Shown here piece after piece: positions 37,038-50,174 of a stretch of DNA of 64,000 nt. The stretch lies in the NCBI RefSeq assembly GCF_002113885.1, contig NW_018408881.1:1-64000 (forward strand), read 5' to 3'. This stretch comes from Mizuhopecten yessoensis (lineage: Eukaryota). The translations under genes were made by a program, and so were the position numbers. The notes under the pieces are model-generated. The model saw only the letters and a list, made by a program, of their open reading frames with translations. It was not told where the DNA came from and made no database searches. Positions within the stretch are counted from its first letter, which is position 1; every line of letters begins with the position of its first letter.

Positions 37038-40000
37038 ATGGCTGCTCGTAAGAAGGTTACCAAGGCCCCCTCCCGTATGATCACCAAGGACATTGGTGGT
37101 GATAAAAATGGCGGGAAAAGAACAGTTCGGATCAACCGCATGGTATGAGTTCTAATTTTGACTCGTTTTACGATATGAGTTCGTTCTGACTGCCGTTAAA
37201 AGATTAGGTCCTTATTCCAAAGGGGAATGTTTTCTTCAAAACACATATTTGTACAATAATTATATATATATATATGCATGTTGACTAGTCTACAAATTCT
37301 TCAGACTAGTTATTTTTTTAACCTCAAGGGGCCTGTGCCTGTTGATTTTGGAAAATATCACTTACAAAAAATCATGATTTTGGAAATAAAATGATTTTTT
37401 GGCAATGATTTTAAGAATAAACAGCAAACAATATCAGGGGGAAGTATAAAAGGCCCCAAATTAACCTTAAAAAATCACTGCTGTCAGTACCTGTGCTGTA
37501 TTCTCTTAATTAAAAACACCAAATAAAAAATATGCTATGTTGTGTTCTTAATGCAGTCAAGGTACTACCCAACTGAGGACAGACCAAGAAAGTTGAGGAC
37601 TACCAAGACTGCCTTCTCCTCTCACAAGCACACAATCAGGCCCACCATCACACCGGGAACTATCCTGATCATTGTAGCTGGACGTCACAAGGGAAAGGTA
37701 CAAATAGCAATCTCAGGATCACTGGATTAACAAGATCACAATATGTGGATTTATCATTACTCTAAATAACGTCCTAAGCTAATGTTCACATATTGTTTTT
37801 AGTCTCTGAAAAATTATCTTTTAAACTGTAATTGACACCATTGTCGGTTCAAACCGATTATATGTGTCCCTGTGAGTTCCTGCCGGTCAATAGTATCACA
37901 CGACCTTGACTCTTTGCAATACACACAACAGGCGAACTTTGCAACTTTCCATGTGTCATTTTGGCACAATTGAAAATTGAATATTGAAGCATAAGTTTCA
38001 ACAAGAACAGCATTTTCCAACTCCGAGTACTAAAATTGTCATGAATTACACCGATATATTATCCAAATAGCTGTACTTGTCAGTTCAAATTGTTCGAGAG
38101 ACCTACATTTTTTTCGTATTTTACTGTGTAATATAGCCTTCAATTACAACTTGTTGTGATGGTAAAATGAGGCGTACATTCTGGAATTATTATGTGAAAT
38201 TTTACAAGTCTATTGCCGATAACTTGTTGCAATACAGGACTGGTAACCAGTCTAAAAGAGCAGTTGGCCCTATACAACTTTTTAAAAGTATCGTGATACT
38301 ATCGGTGAATTGTTTCGCCTCTATTAATTAATATGATAGTACACCTCTATTAATTGATAAAATAGTAATTGAATTAAAAAATAGTAATTGAATTAATAAA
38401 TAGTAATTGAATTAATATAATATCACAAATTTCATTTTTAAGTCAATATCATTGATTTAATTGGTTATATTTTTATTTCAGAGGGTTGTGTTTCTTAAAC
38501 AGCTTTCCTCTGGCCTTCTTTTGGTAACAGGTGAGTTAGATTTACTGTAATTGTGCAGCACCTTGTTGTTCCCCTGCCCACAGACTTCTCTGGGTCACCA
38601 CTACAGTAATCTGGAAGTCCAAGGTTACTGACAATCTTACAAAATTGCATCTGTATAGCTTATGAAAGAATGTCTAACCAAGAAAGTGGAAATGGCATGC
38701 ATATCTAGTGCTGTCATAATATATCTGAAAACAGGTATATCGCAATACATGGGTAAATCGTATCGTAAGCATATTTTTATGTATCTGCTTGGTGTTTTAA
38801 CTTTGCAAATTGCTACAAATTCTAACAGATACGCCAATAAGCATAAAACAGGCTTTTTTAATGGTTTAAATTTTGTAATCGATGGTTGGTTTGACAAAAA
38901 ATCTTTTAATCTATGTAATCCATATTATATATGATTAAGTTTGATAACATTCTGACAACAACTTATTATAAAATTGAACACATCCTTCCTATGACAATAT
39001 ATCTAGGATACGTATCGCAATATATTCATTCTCTATTGCAATATATCGTGATACACTTTTGGCGTATTGTGACACCCCTATGCATATCCGAGTGGAATAC
39101 CTAAGAAATGTTAACAGTAGCTCTTCCTAGTGCCAAGTGCTTCTGAAGTTGTGACAGAGGTTACAGTATAAAAACAAGTCAAACGCATAGAATTGTCTGT
39201 ATCTTGTTTAACAATAGGAGTAATTTTGGGACATGAAAGGTGAAATTATTGCAATATGGGAGGACTGTTTGGGAGGGGAAAAAAATACTGGCAGTTTGGT
39301 CTAAATTGCGTGTACACGCAAGTTTATGGATTAAATTAAGAAAATGCTACATAAACAAAACTTGAGATTATCTGAAAGTCAGTAATGCCTACCATTTATT
39401 GATCAACAAACTCTTAAACTAGATAATAGATTTGTAAACATCTTTTCGAAATAAATTGCTAATTATGTGATCTATGTAGAAATCGATGAAATGTATGGAT
39501 GAATAAGAATGTGTATTCAATTATAAAGAAACATCTTCATGGAAGGTTATTTCAAACTAGAGACGGTTAATGACATTATAAAACGTCTTCTGTGCAGTTC
39601 ACATATTATTGATTCAAATTGTGGTTGCTTTAATTTTAGTCTGGCCAATAATAGTTAATTGGTGACACAATGACCTTTGGGCAAGTGCAATTAGTGATAT
39701 CGATAAGAACCACTTGTAAAACATACATTATTTTCACTAAGCACTGTTAATCAAAACTACATGTATATTGCAACATAAAAGAAAAACCTTATTGAATGCT
39801 TAAAGTGGGGGAAAAAAAAATTTGTTTGACGGAGGGACAAGTGTAATTAGTGATATTGAAGATAAGACTCCCTTGTAAAAAAAATCTTCAGTTACATTCT
39901 GAAACATCTCTATATTGGCTTAATAGTGGAGATATATTACAAAATAAAAATTTAAAAATTGAATACTGAAAGTTGAAACACAAAAATTACCATGTTAGCC

Positions 40001-42146
40001 ATATGTCCACTCAGTTTTATCATCATCTGAGACTACCATGGCTGTATGTATACCAAGCTACTGATATTATCCTGTTTAAATCTCTTATCTGGATAACCTC
40101 AAAAACATAACTAAATTGATTATTTGTTCCCAGATGTGTTGTGATTTACATATACAGCACTCCATTGTATATTAAGTTCAGATTTGTCCCTGGCTTCAGA
40201 ATCAATTTTAACATTTCGGTTCCAGGCCTGTATTTATAGAACTGTTATGCTCAATCATGTGTTCTTTGCCTTAAACCAATTTTAAGTAAGCGGACTTCAT
40301 GAGCTTGCTATAATCATGCATCATAGTCAAATAGTCAACAGTAAATCATTATAAGGGAATTGGGCTTGAAGTCTCTAAATTTATTTTCTAAATCATTGAC
40401 AAAATATGATTTTTCTTTTATCACAAGAACAGGAAATTGTACTTGGATAGGGATCTGAGTTTGAGAACCATTTCTGAATACCTGTCTGTCTGTTGATGAC
40501 ACAGTGAAATATTCAGATGTTGATTTCTGATTTAAGTTTCATGAAACATATTGGTTTATTTACCTCTAGGTCCCTTCCATCTCAATGGGTGCCCTCTGCG
40601 CAGAATCAACGAGATATACGTGATCGCAACAAAGACAAAGGTTGACATCAGCGGTGTGAAACTGCCAGACAGACTGAATGATGCCTACTTTAAGAGACAA
40701 AAGCTCAGGCGCCCTAGACACACAGAGGGAGAAATCTTCGATACCAAGAAAGAGGTAAATGTAATAGCCAGAAATATGCAAAAAAAAAAACAGTATTAAA
40801 ATATGTATTAAGAAAACATGGACATTCATTCTACTGTCACTAAGTGAACTTAAATCGGGTACATATTTCAGACGGCTTTTTCCATGATAATTTCTTACAA
40901 GTTTACATTTCTGCGAAATATATGTTGCCATTATCTGAAGATTTTTTTTATTTTTTTTATATTAGAAATATTTCTAATCCAAGCTTTAATTGAAATATTC
41001 ATCACACAAAATTTCTCATCACATAACATGGATAAAGTTCTTAGGCCAAAATAATAATGTGTGTTTCTGGTGTCCCAATGGACCCTAGATTTTTGTGACT
41101 ACACTAAAGGTTTTATTGGCATTTAGTGTTAAGAACTGTTCAAGTCAGAACTCCTGCTATAAATAAGCATAGCATAAACCTACCGACACTTATTTTTTCA
41201 AGCAGAAACAGGAAACCTGCAATTTTTTGTTTTTTGCCCTTGAGTGTCATTCCTACTTTTTTAAGGATTTGAAATTTGAACGGCAACTTCAAAATTCTAC
41301 CGAAATTTGTCAGCAGTAGCGCGATGATAATTGTGCATGTTATAACTTGCACTGTGACGCAGCGTCTGACGACTGTTCCTAGTCCACTTTCCATTTTAAA
41401 AACTTCGTCTGAATAGTTGAAAGGCCTAGAGTCATGCTATTTGGCTGTTAAATTCTAACAAAATCACGACCTACATTCAATGTCACAGAGGTCAAATATT
41501 TAAAATGAAATGAAAATAATTTCTCTAAGAACCGAAAGACCTAGGATCATGTTATTTGGTTAGTAGCGTCTTTGGTTGGAGCCTTACAGAATTACAAATA
41601 AAAAAGACCATGTCATACTTTCAAGGTCATAGAGGTCATGTCAGACAAAAACTCTGAAGAACTGAAAGTCATGTTATTTGGCTGTTAGCTCCCTTGCAAA
41701 AGCCTGACAATAGTTTGCCAAAAAAAAAAAAAAAAAAACTTGATATTTTTTTTTAGGTCAAATATATATTGTCAAATACTGCAAACAACTTCTTTTGAAG
41801 AACCTATATATTTGATGACAGTGTATAGCATTCTGTAGATTTTTGATTAAAATAAAGAATTGCATGTGAGCTATTAAGACCCCTTGGCCTCTTGTGTGTG
41901 TGTATCTTCGCTTTACTTCTGAGTTGCTTTAACTAATGCTTCATACAAATATTGTGACACATTTATATGATTGCTACCTTGCAGGTTTATCAAGTCAGTG
42001 ACGAGCGTAAAGAAGACCAGTTGAATGTAGATAAACAAGTCCTTGATGTTATCCGAAAGAACAAGGAGAAGAAATTGCTGTTTGGTTACATCGGTGCGAT
42101 GTTCTCTCTAGGGAACAAACAGTTTCCTCATGAAATGATCTTCTAA
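37038..42146 (+). CDS. RPL6: 60S ribosomal protein L6 (eL6), 5 coding exons, 213 aa
   Basis: Exons 37038-37142, 37557-37697, 38482-38530, 40570-40754, 41985-42146. Motifs [76 protein letters not shown]. Confidence 0.96.
38706..39080. mobile_element. hAT-type MITE with 8-bp TSD
   Basis: TIRs TAGTGCTGTCATAATA / TATTGTGACACCCCTA. TSD tgcatatc at 38698-38705 and 39081-39088. Confidence 0.85.
41330..41894 (+). mobile_element. Degenerate HINE/Helentron-like element
   Basis: Internal ~140-bp-like repeats (tcatgttatttggc, tcaaggtcatagaggtca) and 3' end gtgagctattaagaccccttggcctcttgt. Confidence 0.55.
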
Positions 42147-42277
42147 ATTATATGTGTAAAGTTCTTCACGCCAGATAAAGAAATTACAAGAAGTAGAAGT
42201 GGTTTGTTTATTATTTTGCATGAAGTTTAAATCATTACTGCAAGGATGCCTCTAAAAGTAACGAGGTAACAACATCA

Positions 42278-42500
42278 GGGCCCATATTCATGAAACCGTT
42301 TTCATGTTCTAATTTCTTGTCCCAGTTATAAATTGTTAAAGGTTTTGGAGAAAAATTGAAGAAAAATTAAGCCGAATACTGTATTCAATATTTAAATTTG
42401 ACTTTTTGAACGTTGACATGATTTAGATGGGTTACAAGAAAGCTGGCTTGAGCACAGAATCTATGCTTGAGCATGAGAACGGTTTCACGAATACGGGCCC
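42278..42500. mobile_element. PIF/Harbinger-like MITE
   Basis: TIRs gggcccatattcatgaaaccgtt / aacggtttcacgaatacgggccc, flanked by tca / tga. Confidence 0.7.
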
Positions 42501-43448
42501 TGATCCCCTCACTGTGGAACAAGATTTCATATTTAACAGAACCTTGTTATGTCCCACTAGCAACAGCATGGAAATTGTTTGAGATAATTTTCATATTCCA
42601 CCACTACATGAAGCTTGACGAAAAATTGATGTAGAAACATGGACTTGTTTATTTGAGGCATTGTCAAACTTGACCAAAGAATGATTTTCAATCAAAATCA
42701 ATGCAGGAATAAATTTGCTATATAAATTATGAAGATTTTCAATAAATAGTAATGGTAACATTACTTTCCCAAATCCATTCGGGAATGGAGTCGCTAGAGC
42801 AATGGGGGGGAAAAACAATGTTAAAAAATAATCTCTTTGAAATGTTACCTCGACATTAATGGACTGCTGTAAACATGACGTCATTCAAGGTATTCTGAAT
42901 TTCTCTGTATGGACAATAAAAGTTTGATCAAAATGAAGCTGCTAGAGTAATGAATAGTATGTAACCTTGGCCATGTATCAAAATCTAAAGGAATGAAGTC
43001 GCTAGAGTGATAACAAAAAAATCTATAACAATGGTGACGACCTTGACCATGGAGTGCTGAATCAATAAGGTCACATTCGCGTATCCCAGTTGAAAAGGTA
43101 CAGGTGGGCAGAACTGTTTCACGATAAACAAACGCACTTGGACCGTTCTATAAGCAGAGCTAAAAATGCACATTTTCAGAGAATAAATAACAATGTATCA
43201 AGAATATCATGCCCTTTCTTAATGCGTCCACTGAATTACATAACGCATCTTAAAAACTACACGTGGCTTGAAATTGTTTTCAAAAGTAATAATGCAAACT
43301 AGCAATAGTCAGTATTTAAGTTTTGGTCAGGTACATATTGACCCCTCAATCTACGCATGCCTGAAGATCTGTGCCAGTCGTTTTCTGTCCGGTTTAACTG
43401 GTTGAACCAGATACGCGAAAGGGGCCTAACAGATTTGAGATATTTTCA

Positions 43449-45086
43449 TTTTTAGCTCACCTGGCCTTATGCTGTGGTCTCATCCGGCATCAATATTTCA
43501 CTTTAAACAACTTCTTAATAACCAAAAGGCCTAGGGTGATGATATTTAGCCAGAAGCAAACTGGGATGAAGGGCTACCAAGTTTGTTCAAATAAATGACC
43601 ACCTATTTTCAAGGCCACTGGGGTTAAATATGTTAAAATTTTAAACAGCTTCTTCTGAATAACCAAAATGCCCAGGGTGATGATATTTAGCCAGTAGCAT
43701 GCTTGAATGAAGGGCTACCAAGTTTGTTCAAATAAATGACCCCCTATTTTCAAGGCCACTGGGGTTAAATATGTTAAAATTTTAAACAGCTTCTTCTGAA
43801 TAACCAAAATGCCCAGGGTGATGATATTTAGCCAGTAGCATGCTTGAATGAAGGGCTACCAAGTTTGTTCAAATAAATGACCACCTATTTTCAAGGCCAC
43901 TGGGGGTAAATATGTTAAAATTTTAAACAGCTTCTTCTGAATAACCAAAATGCCCAGGGTGATGATATTTAGCCAGTAGCATGCTTGAATGAAGGGCTAC
44001 CAAGTTTGTTCAAATGAATGACCTTCATCCATTTTCAAGGTCACGGGGTCTTGAAAAATCTTTTTAAACAACTTCTGAACAACTAAGAGGCCTAGGATAA
44101 TGATATTTGGCCAGTAACATGCTAGGATGAAGGGTTACCAAGTTTGTTTTAATGAATGACCTTTACATATATTCAAGGTTACAGGGGTCAAATATGTTTA
44201 AAACCTTTAAACAACTTCTTCTGAATAACCAAGAGGCCTAGGGTTATGATAATTGGCAAGTAGCATGCTGGGATAAAGGGCTACCAAGTTTGTAACCATA
44301 AATGACCTTGACAAACATTCAAGGTCACAATGGTGAAATATGTTTAAAACTTTTCAACAACTTCTCAATAACCGAAAGTCCTAGGATGATGATGTTTGGC
44401 CAGTATCATGCTTGGATAAAGGGCTACCAAGTGTGTTCAATTGAATGACCTTAACTTACATTCAAGGTCACAGGGGTCAAATATGTTAAAAAAACTTGAT
44501 ACAAATTCTTCTGAATAGTCGAGAGGCATAGGATAATGATATTTGGCCAGTAGCATGCTGGGATAAACGACTACCAAGTTTGTTGAAATGAATGATCTTG
44601 AAGTATATCCAAGGTCACAGGGGTCAAATATGTTTAAAAAAATACAAATTCTTCTGAATGGCATAGGTTAATGAAGTTTAACGACTTCTCAATAAGGAAA
44701 AGGCCAAGGGTGATGATATTTGGCCATTAACATGATTGGATGAAGGACTACCAAGTTTGTTCAAATGAATGACCTTCGCCCATATTTAAGGTCACAGTGG
44801 TCAATATATGTTTAAATCTTTAAATTATTTGTTCTGTATAACCAAAAGGTCCAGGGTAATGATATTTTGCCAAAAGCATGCTTGGTTTGAAGCCTATAAA
44901 CTCTGTTCAATCTAACGTCCTTGTTTGACTTTCAAGGTCACAGGTGTCATATGTTTAAATCTTTCAATAGTTTCTAATGAATCAAACACTGATATTCTGC
45001 CTGTAGCTGTATTTTAGTCCACTTTTAAAAATATAAGTGTGAGATTAATACCAGGTAAGCGATTCAGGCCCATTGGGCCTCTTGTT
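43449..45086 (+). mobile_element. Complete HINE/Helentron-like non-autonomous element carrying a ~141-bp tandem array (~10-11 units)
   Basis: 5' ttttagctcacctg, 3' caggtaagcgattcaggcccattgggcctcttgtt. Internal unit ...ataaccaaaatgcccagggtgatgatatttagccagtagcatgcttgaatgaagggctaccaagtttgttcaaat... Confidence 0.88.
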
Positions 45087-46050
45087 GATGATTGCATGAA
45101 GTTTGATTAAAATCAAAGAAGTAGCTAGGATAATTATAACACCTTTCTATAAAACCTTGACCTTCACACTATGAAACGGGAACTTCTTCGAAATATTTTC
45201 GCGCATGACCAGTGTCTAGAAATTACCAAAATCATGCATGCATGAAGTTTCAAGAGTGACAAAAATTCTATAAATAACAGTTTGGGTAGATGCCGTTAGA
45301 TTGAACGTCCTATCAACAGCCAAGGTCGTTTTATGTATACATATATGTCTACATTTGTCGTATTGGATTTCCGGCGATAATGCAGATCAGATGCCGATTT
45401 GCAGTGCTACTTCATTTGAATACAATACCAAAAGCACCCCGTACAGTATTCCAACCGGTCATACTAACAACCGTGATAATTGGTTTTGCATAATCCTAAA
45501 TCCTGAACGTTAATTATATAAGCAGCGAATATTAAGGATTTTTGTATGTCCTGGCCTTGGGGGGCAGAACCCTTTATTCCTTTCTTACTTGGGGAAAGCG
45601 TTCAATTTTTAAAGTTCAAAAGAAAGAGAAAAATTAAAACAAATCCAAATGGGGGCATCAGATCCATTTTGTTTTCTTCTATGACCACTTAGCAGAAAAC
45701 AATAAAAGAAACCCTAGATAATTAGTTGTCTTTTTCGATATTCAGTGGGATAAATCAGGCTTATACTTTCCCCGAACCTGAAGGGGATTAGTAACAACAC
45801 GAACTCGGTCAAATTATTCTCATTCGTATCCAATATATAAAGTTTAATGAGATAAATTGTAACCTTGACCTTGACTGGACTGCTGATTTGCTTGACTTTA
45901 ACGTCCTTTATGCCATTTTATGAAGTTTGATCAAAATCCGTGCAGGAATGAAGTTACTAGAGCGACCATACGTACGAACGGAACGCTATACCCTATTTGT
46001 GACTTTCATGGGAGCCATTGGAAGTGATAAAATATAGTGTTAGTGATATT

Positions 46051-46282
46051 ACATCTTACTGCATGGTTTTACATCTTACTGCATGGGTTAACATCTTACT
46101 GCATGGTTTTACATCTTACTGCATGGGTTAACATCTTACTGCATGGGTTAACATCTTACTGCATGGTTTTACATCTTACTGTATGGTTTTACATCTTACT
46201 GCATGGTTTACATCTTACTGCATGGTTTTACATCTTACTGCATGGTTTTACATCTTACTGCATGGTTTACATCTTACTGCAT
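46051..46282. repeat. 20-bp minisatellite (~12 copies)
   Basis: Unit acatcttactgcatggtttt. Confidence 0.95.
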
Positions 46283-46989
46283 CAGTGGTAACCCAATATC
46301 TTGTGTATTGGTTACAATAGGTTTGCACTCCCTTTGTCTCTCTGTGTGACTATGTTAGGATGTATACATAAAGATGCCTAGTTTTATATGAGTGTACCTC
46401 TTGTGATGGTGGAGGGTTGCATGTTATATTTCAATCAGGTAACGAGGTTATATACATTTGCCCATGACATGTCTCGTTCTATTCGACTACAAAAGCCATG
46501 TATAGCATGTGAAGTACTTCTTGAGATAGCGCAGGCCAGGGTTGCATACTTAAAGTGGGCCATGTCACTTTATGCAGAGTTATTGCCCTCTGTTAATAGG
46601 ACGTAAAACACAAACATTAATCCAGTTGTTCAACAAACAAAAGTTCTTGGGCTTATATTTGACTCATAATTATCCTTTTTACCTCATATAAAATGTTGAA
46701 GAGATAAATAATCCAAAGCTCTAAATATTCTCTGTGTATTATTATCCCATACAGATTGGGGAGCAGACTGTGACGTGCTGTTTATATATCACTCAGTTGT
46801 TCGATTAAAACTGAAGCACATCAACTACAAGATAACAAATACGTACCTAAACGTCAAAACAAAAGGACAATCAAGTCACTTTGTATAAAATATCTCAACA
46901 GTCTTCAATTTTTTCCGCACATTTAGGTATTTCATACAAAGAGTGTCGGAAATCGGTTCGAATAAATTTAAAGCCTTGGATAGCCCGAG

Positions 46990-47199
46990 TTAGATATTTT
47001 GACAGATAAATGTCTCGTGTGGCGTTTCCTCTGGCCCTGACACCAGACTTAGACATTTTGACAGATAAATGTCTCGTGTGGTGTTTCCTCTGGCCCTGAC
47101 ACCAGACTTAGACATTTTGACAGATAAATGTCTCGTGTGGTGATTCCTCTGGTCCTGACACCAGACTTAGACATTTTGACAGATAAATGTCTGGTGTGG
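46990..47199. repeat. 59-bp tandem repeat (~3.5 copies)
   Basis: Unit ttagacattttgacagataaatgtctcgtgtggtgtttcctctggccctgacaccagac. Confidence 0.92.
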
Positions 47200-50174
47200 A
47201 CTGAACGGATTGAACATGCATAGTTGATAGTTCTAAGCTAGTGAAATGTCTTACTAAGCAACATCAAGGCATACTCCGTCCTAACAAGGCATTGCATGGT
47301 CTTAAAATCCATGCATACTCGATGTTGAGAGGCGTAATCTTATTGGACGTTCTATCAAGTGACATTGTGGCAATTTCCAACTCCAATGGGGCGTGGCACA
47401 CTCTAAACGGTATGGACAACGCCGAGATAGACTACTAACCCACTTGATGACATTTTTCGTCATAAGGGGGTGTGACACAAAATCCGGGCCACGTATACTA
47501 TGTATGTTGTATGTAAGCATTGAACTAAAATAAAAAATTAAATTACACTTATTATTATTTTTATTATTATTCAGCATTTAGTTCAAATAATGTATACGTA
47601 TCGTGTATGTTTGTTCAGTGAACAGCAATCGCCTGGGGAGGGTCAGTGGTATCCAACGTAACAATTTTGTCGTCAACAAACGGTCCATGGCATTCATAGC
47701 CTATATGAATGCCAACTGAATTTGGTAGTGTTATATAGTGGAAAGGCCATACAATGGTAAATATAGCTTTATGCACTTGGTACGGACTGTGGATCGTGTA
47801 GGAATCGGTATATGCTACACTGCTCGACCAAAAAGTTATTTTCATCCCGACTGGAATTATAAATACAAAGCTGCATATTTTTTTTTATAAAAATTCTCAG
47901 GAAAGAGACCGATATTTGAACAAAAAGTTACGTTAAGCCATTTTTGAACAAATAATATTGTGTTAAGTACTACATCAGAAGAATTAATTAATCAGATCAC
48001 AAAAAACCCCAATGACTATAGTTAAAGGAGACTATTGTAACGAAACCTTACAATCAGCATGTTGAATTGCAGTTTAATGAACTAGAAAAAACACCAATCG
48101 CGATGAAAATAAGAAACTGAGCGATTAGAATATGATGGTTGACAACGGATCCCTATTTTCCGTCGTGATGTGGGTCTTTCCTATCTTGAATGTTGCTTAT
48201 CTGTTGTTATGATAAAGAAGGTTTTTGAAGAGGATGATAATCCTTGTACTTCACATTCCCAGCGGAACCCTTCTCTCACACTCAACGTCTCCAATGATTA
48301 CACATATTCTACCCCTTTTTATACTCCCTTCTCGACGGCACATAGTATACAGCTTAACACCTTCACATGCAGTTTTGTTTGTGTATCGGAAATATTGATC
48401 CGCTAATTATTTAAAGAGTTATTGCCCCTTGAAATTACAAGCTTGTCCACACAACAATGTACGTACTGGTGGTTTTGACCTTCCATCCATTTGCCTTGAA
48501 AATCGAATTGACCTACAATCACTACATGCAGTGGCAAATATATGTCCGTGTATTGATTCCATGCGCCAATAATTGAGCAAAATATATCACGTAAAATAGT
48601 AGGTAGAAATCACGGAATTAGATTAGATTGCCATATATAAGTCCGTGGTAGCAATACAAGAGCGGCACTTAAATTTGTCAACCGTACTGGTACCTAATCC
48701 TATATCTGGTGAAAATGTGTATTGTATCACAGGGACCTGAGAATTTGTTACAGCTATATTTGGACCTAAACTAAGGTGTTCAGAGTAATATTATACATGT
48801 TTTAGGAGTTAAGATCGATTTTCGGTAAAAATGTCACCCCAAATGATTCGTATATTAATAATTTGATGTGGCATTTTTACCGAAAGTTGATCTAAACCCC
48901 TAAAACATGTAAAATTTCATGAATACGGGCCCGGGTCTTATTTTCCTTGTACGTTTTCAAGGGTATCCATGTCACTCATTCCTTTGTTCATACTTTGACC
49001 TAGTTTCTATCTATTATGAGTTCCAAGTATGGTTTTGTTGACACTTTGGTATTCTCTTTGTTGTTCTCTGAACATATATTGCTCCAAAAATATATCTGCT
49101 ATAACAGATTTTTCAATAGTTACTCGTTCTACATTCATACAAAATTAAATATAGTCATGTTTGGAAAGTAGTAAACGGTGACCCATGTATTAATAACGTT
49201 ATGATACAGAGGTTCGAAAGTATCTCCAAGAGACTCCTATATATCATCAATCATTCTCGAATTTACCAGGGTAAGTTCACTTCCGTTATCTCAAAGGCAT
49301 GCGGTTAGCCAATTTGAATGGTTAACTCAGGTTTATAAAAAAAATTGACCAACCGCTAGGCTGATACCTGTCTAAGCCGGTTAATTTTACCATTACGCTG
49401 CCGGGTGATTTATTTTATGTACACAGATACTCCACCTGTTTTATCCACAAGGTAGCTTGTACAGAAACTTCGACCTCGTCAGGACATACTGAAGGGGTGC
49501 AGAGAACGGCAATGAGCGTTACCCCTTAAATTTTAAGGACGATCGTTAATCTAGCTCGATTTGTAGACGCTGAGTTGTCACTCAATTGGGTTTTCCGGTT
49601 TCCTCCCACATTAAGATCCCCACGCGCTAACATCCGGACCAACATGAAAGATTAATATAAGATGAATTAACTTGTTTTATAATTGCCATAAAACAAATGA
49701 AGTGTATATATAATCGTATAGAAATATTTGGCGTGGTAGCAGTAATCATGTGTTTGTGCGATACATAAACATTGACTTGCCAACTAGGTAATAAATGTTG
49801 CACAGATGTAATGCCTTGCTGGGTGCCATTTCATTAGGGAGGGAACATGCATGCATGTACCGAGTCCACAGCCATCCGTATCTAAACGTCATCTAGAAGT
49901 TTTCATTGGACGGTTATATTGCATGGATTTTTCGTCCACTATGAACTTTTAAAATAAACAAGTTCTCGTCTTATCACTGGCACGATTTCGTCTCGTTTGA
50001 AAATACCTCGTATAATTCGTCGATTGTTGTCCATTGGTCAATAAAGTAGCTTTGTTACTTGTGTTAGACAATCTGAACGGGATCCCGTCAAATGTTGCCT
50101 CAGAAGAGGTTTCCCTTGCTGATAAGAACGATCTAAAACTCGAGTCAATATTGTATTGTGCGTAATGAACCTAA

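Noticed and set aside
39088-39170. H/ACA snoRNA in RPL6 intron (ACAGTA ... ACA spacing)
   Set aside because: Only a weak 3' hairpin is present and the would-be 5' hairpin is interrupted by a MITE. It needs an Infernal/snoReport search to be supportable.
46037-46291. Hydrophobic repetitive ORF
   Set aside because: Artefact of a 20-bp minisatellite.
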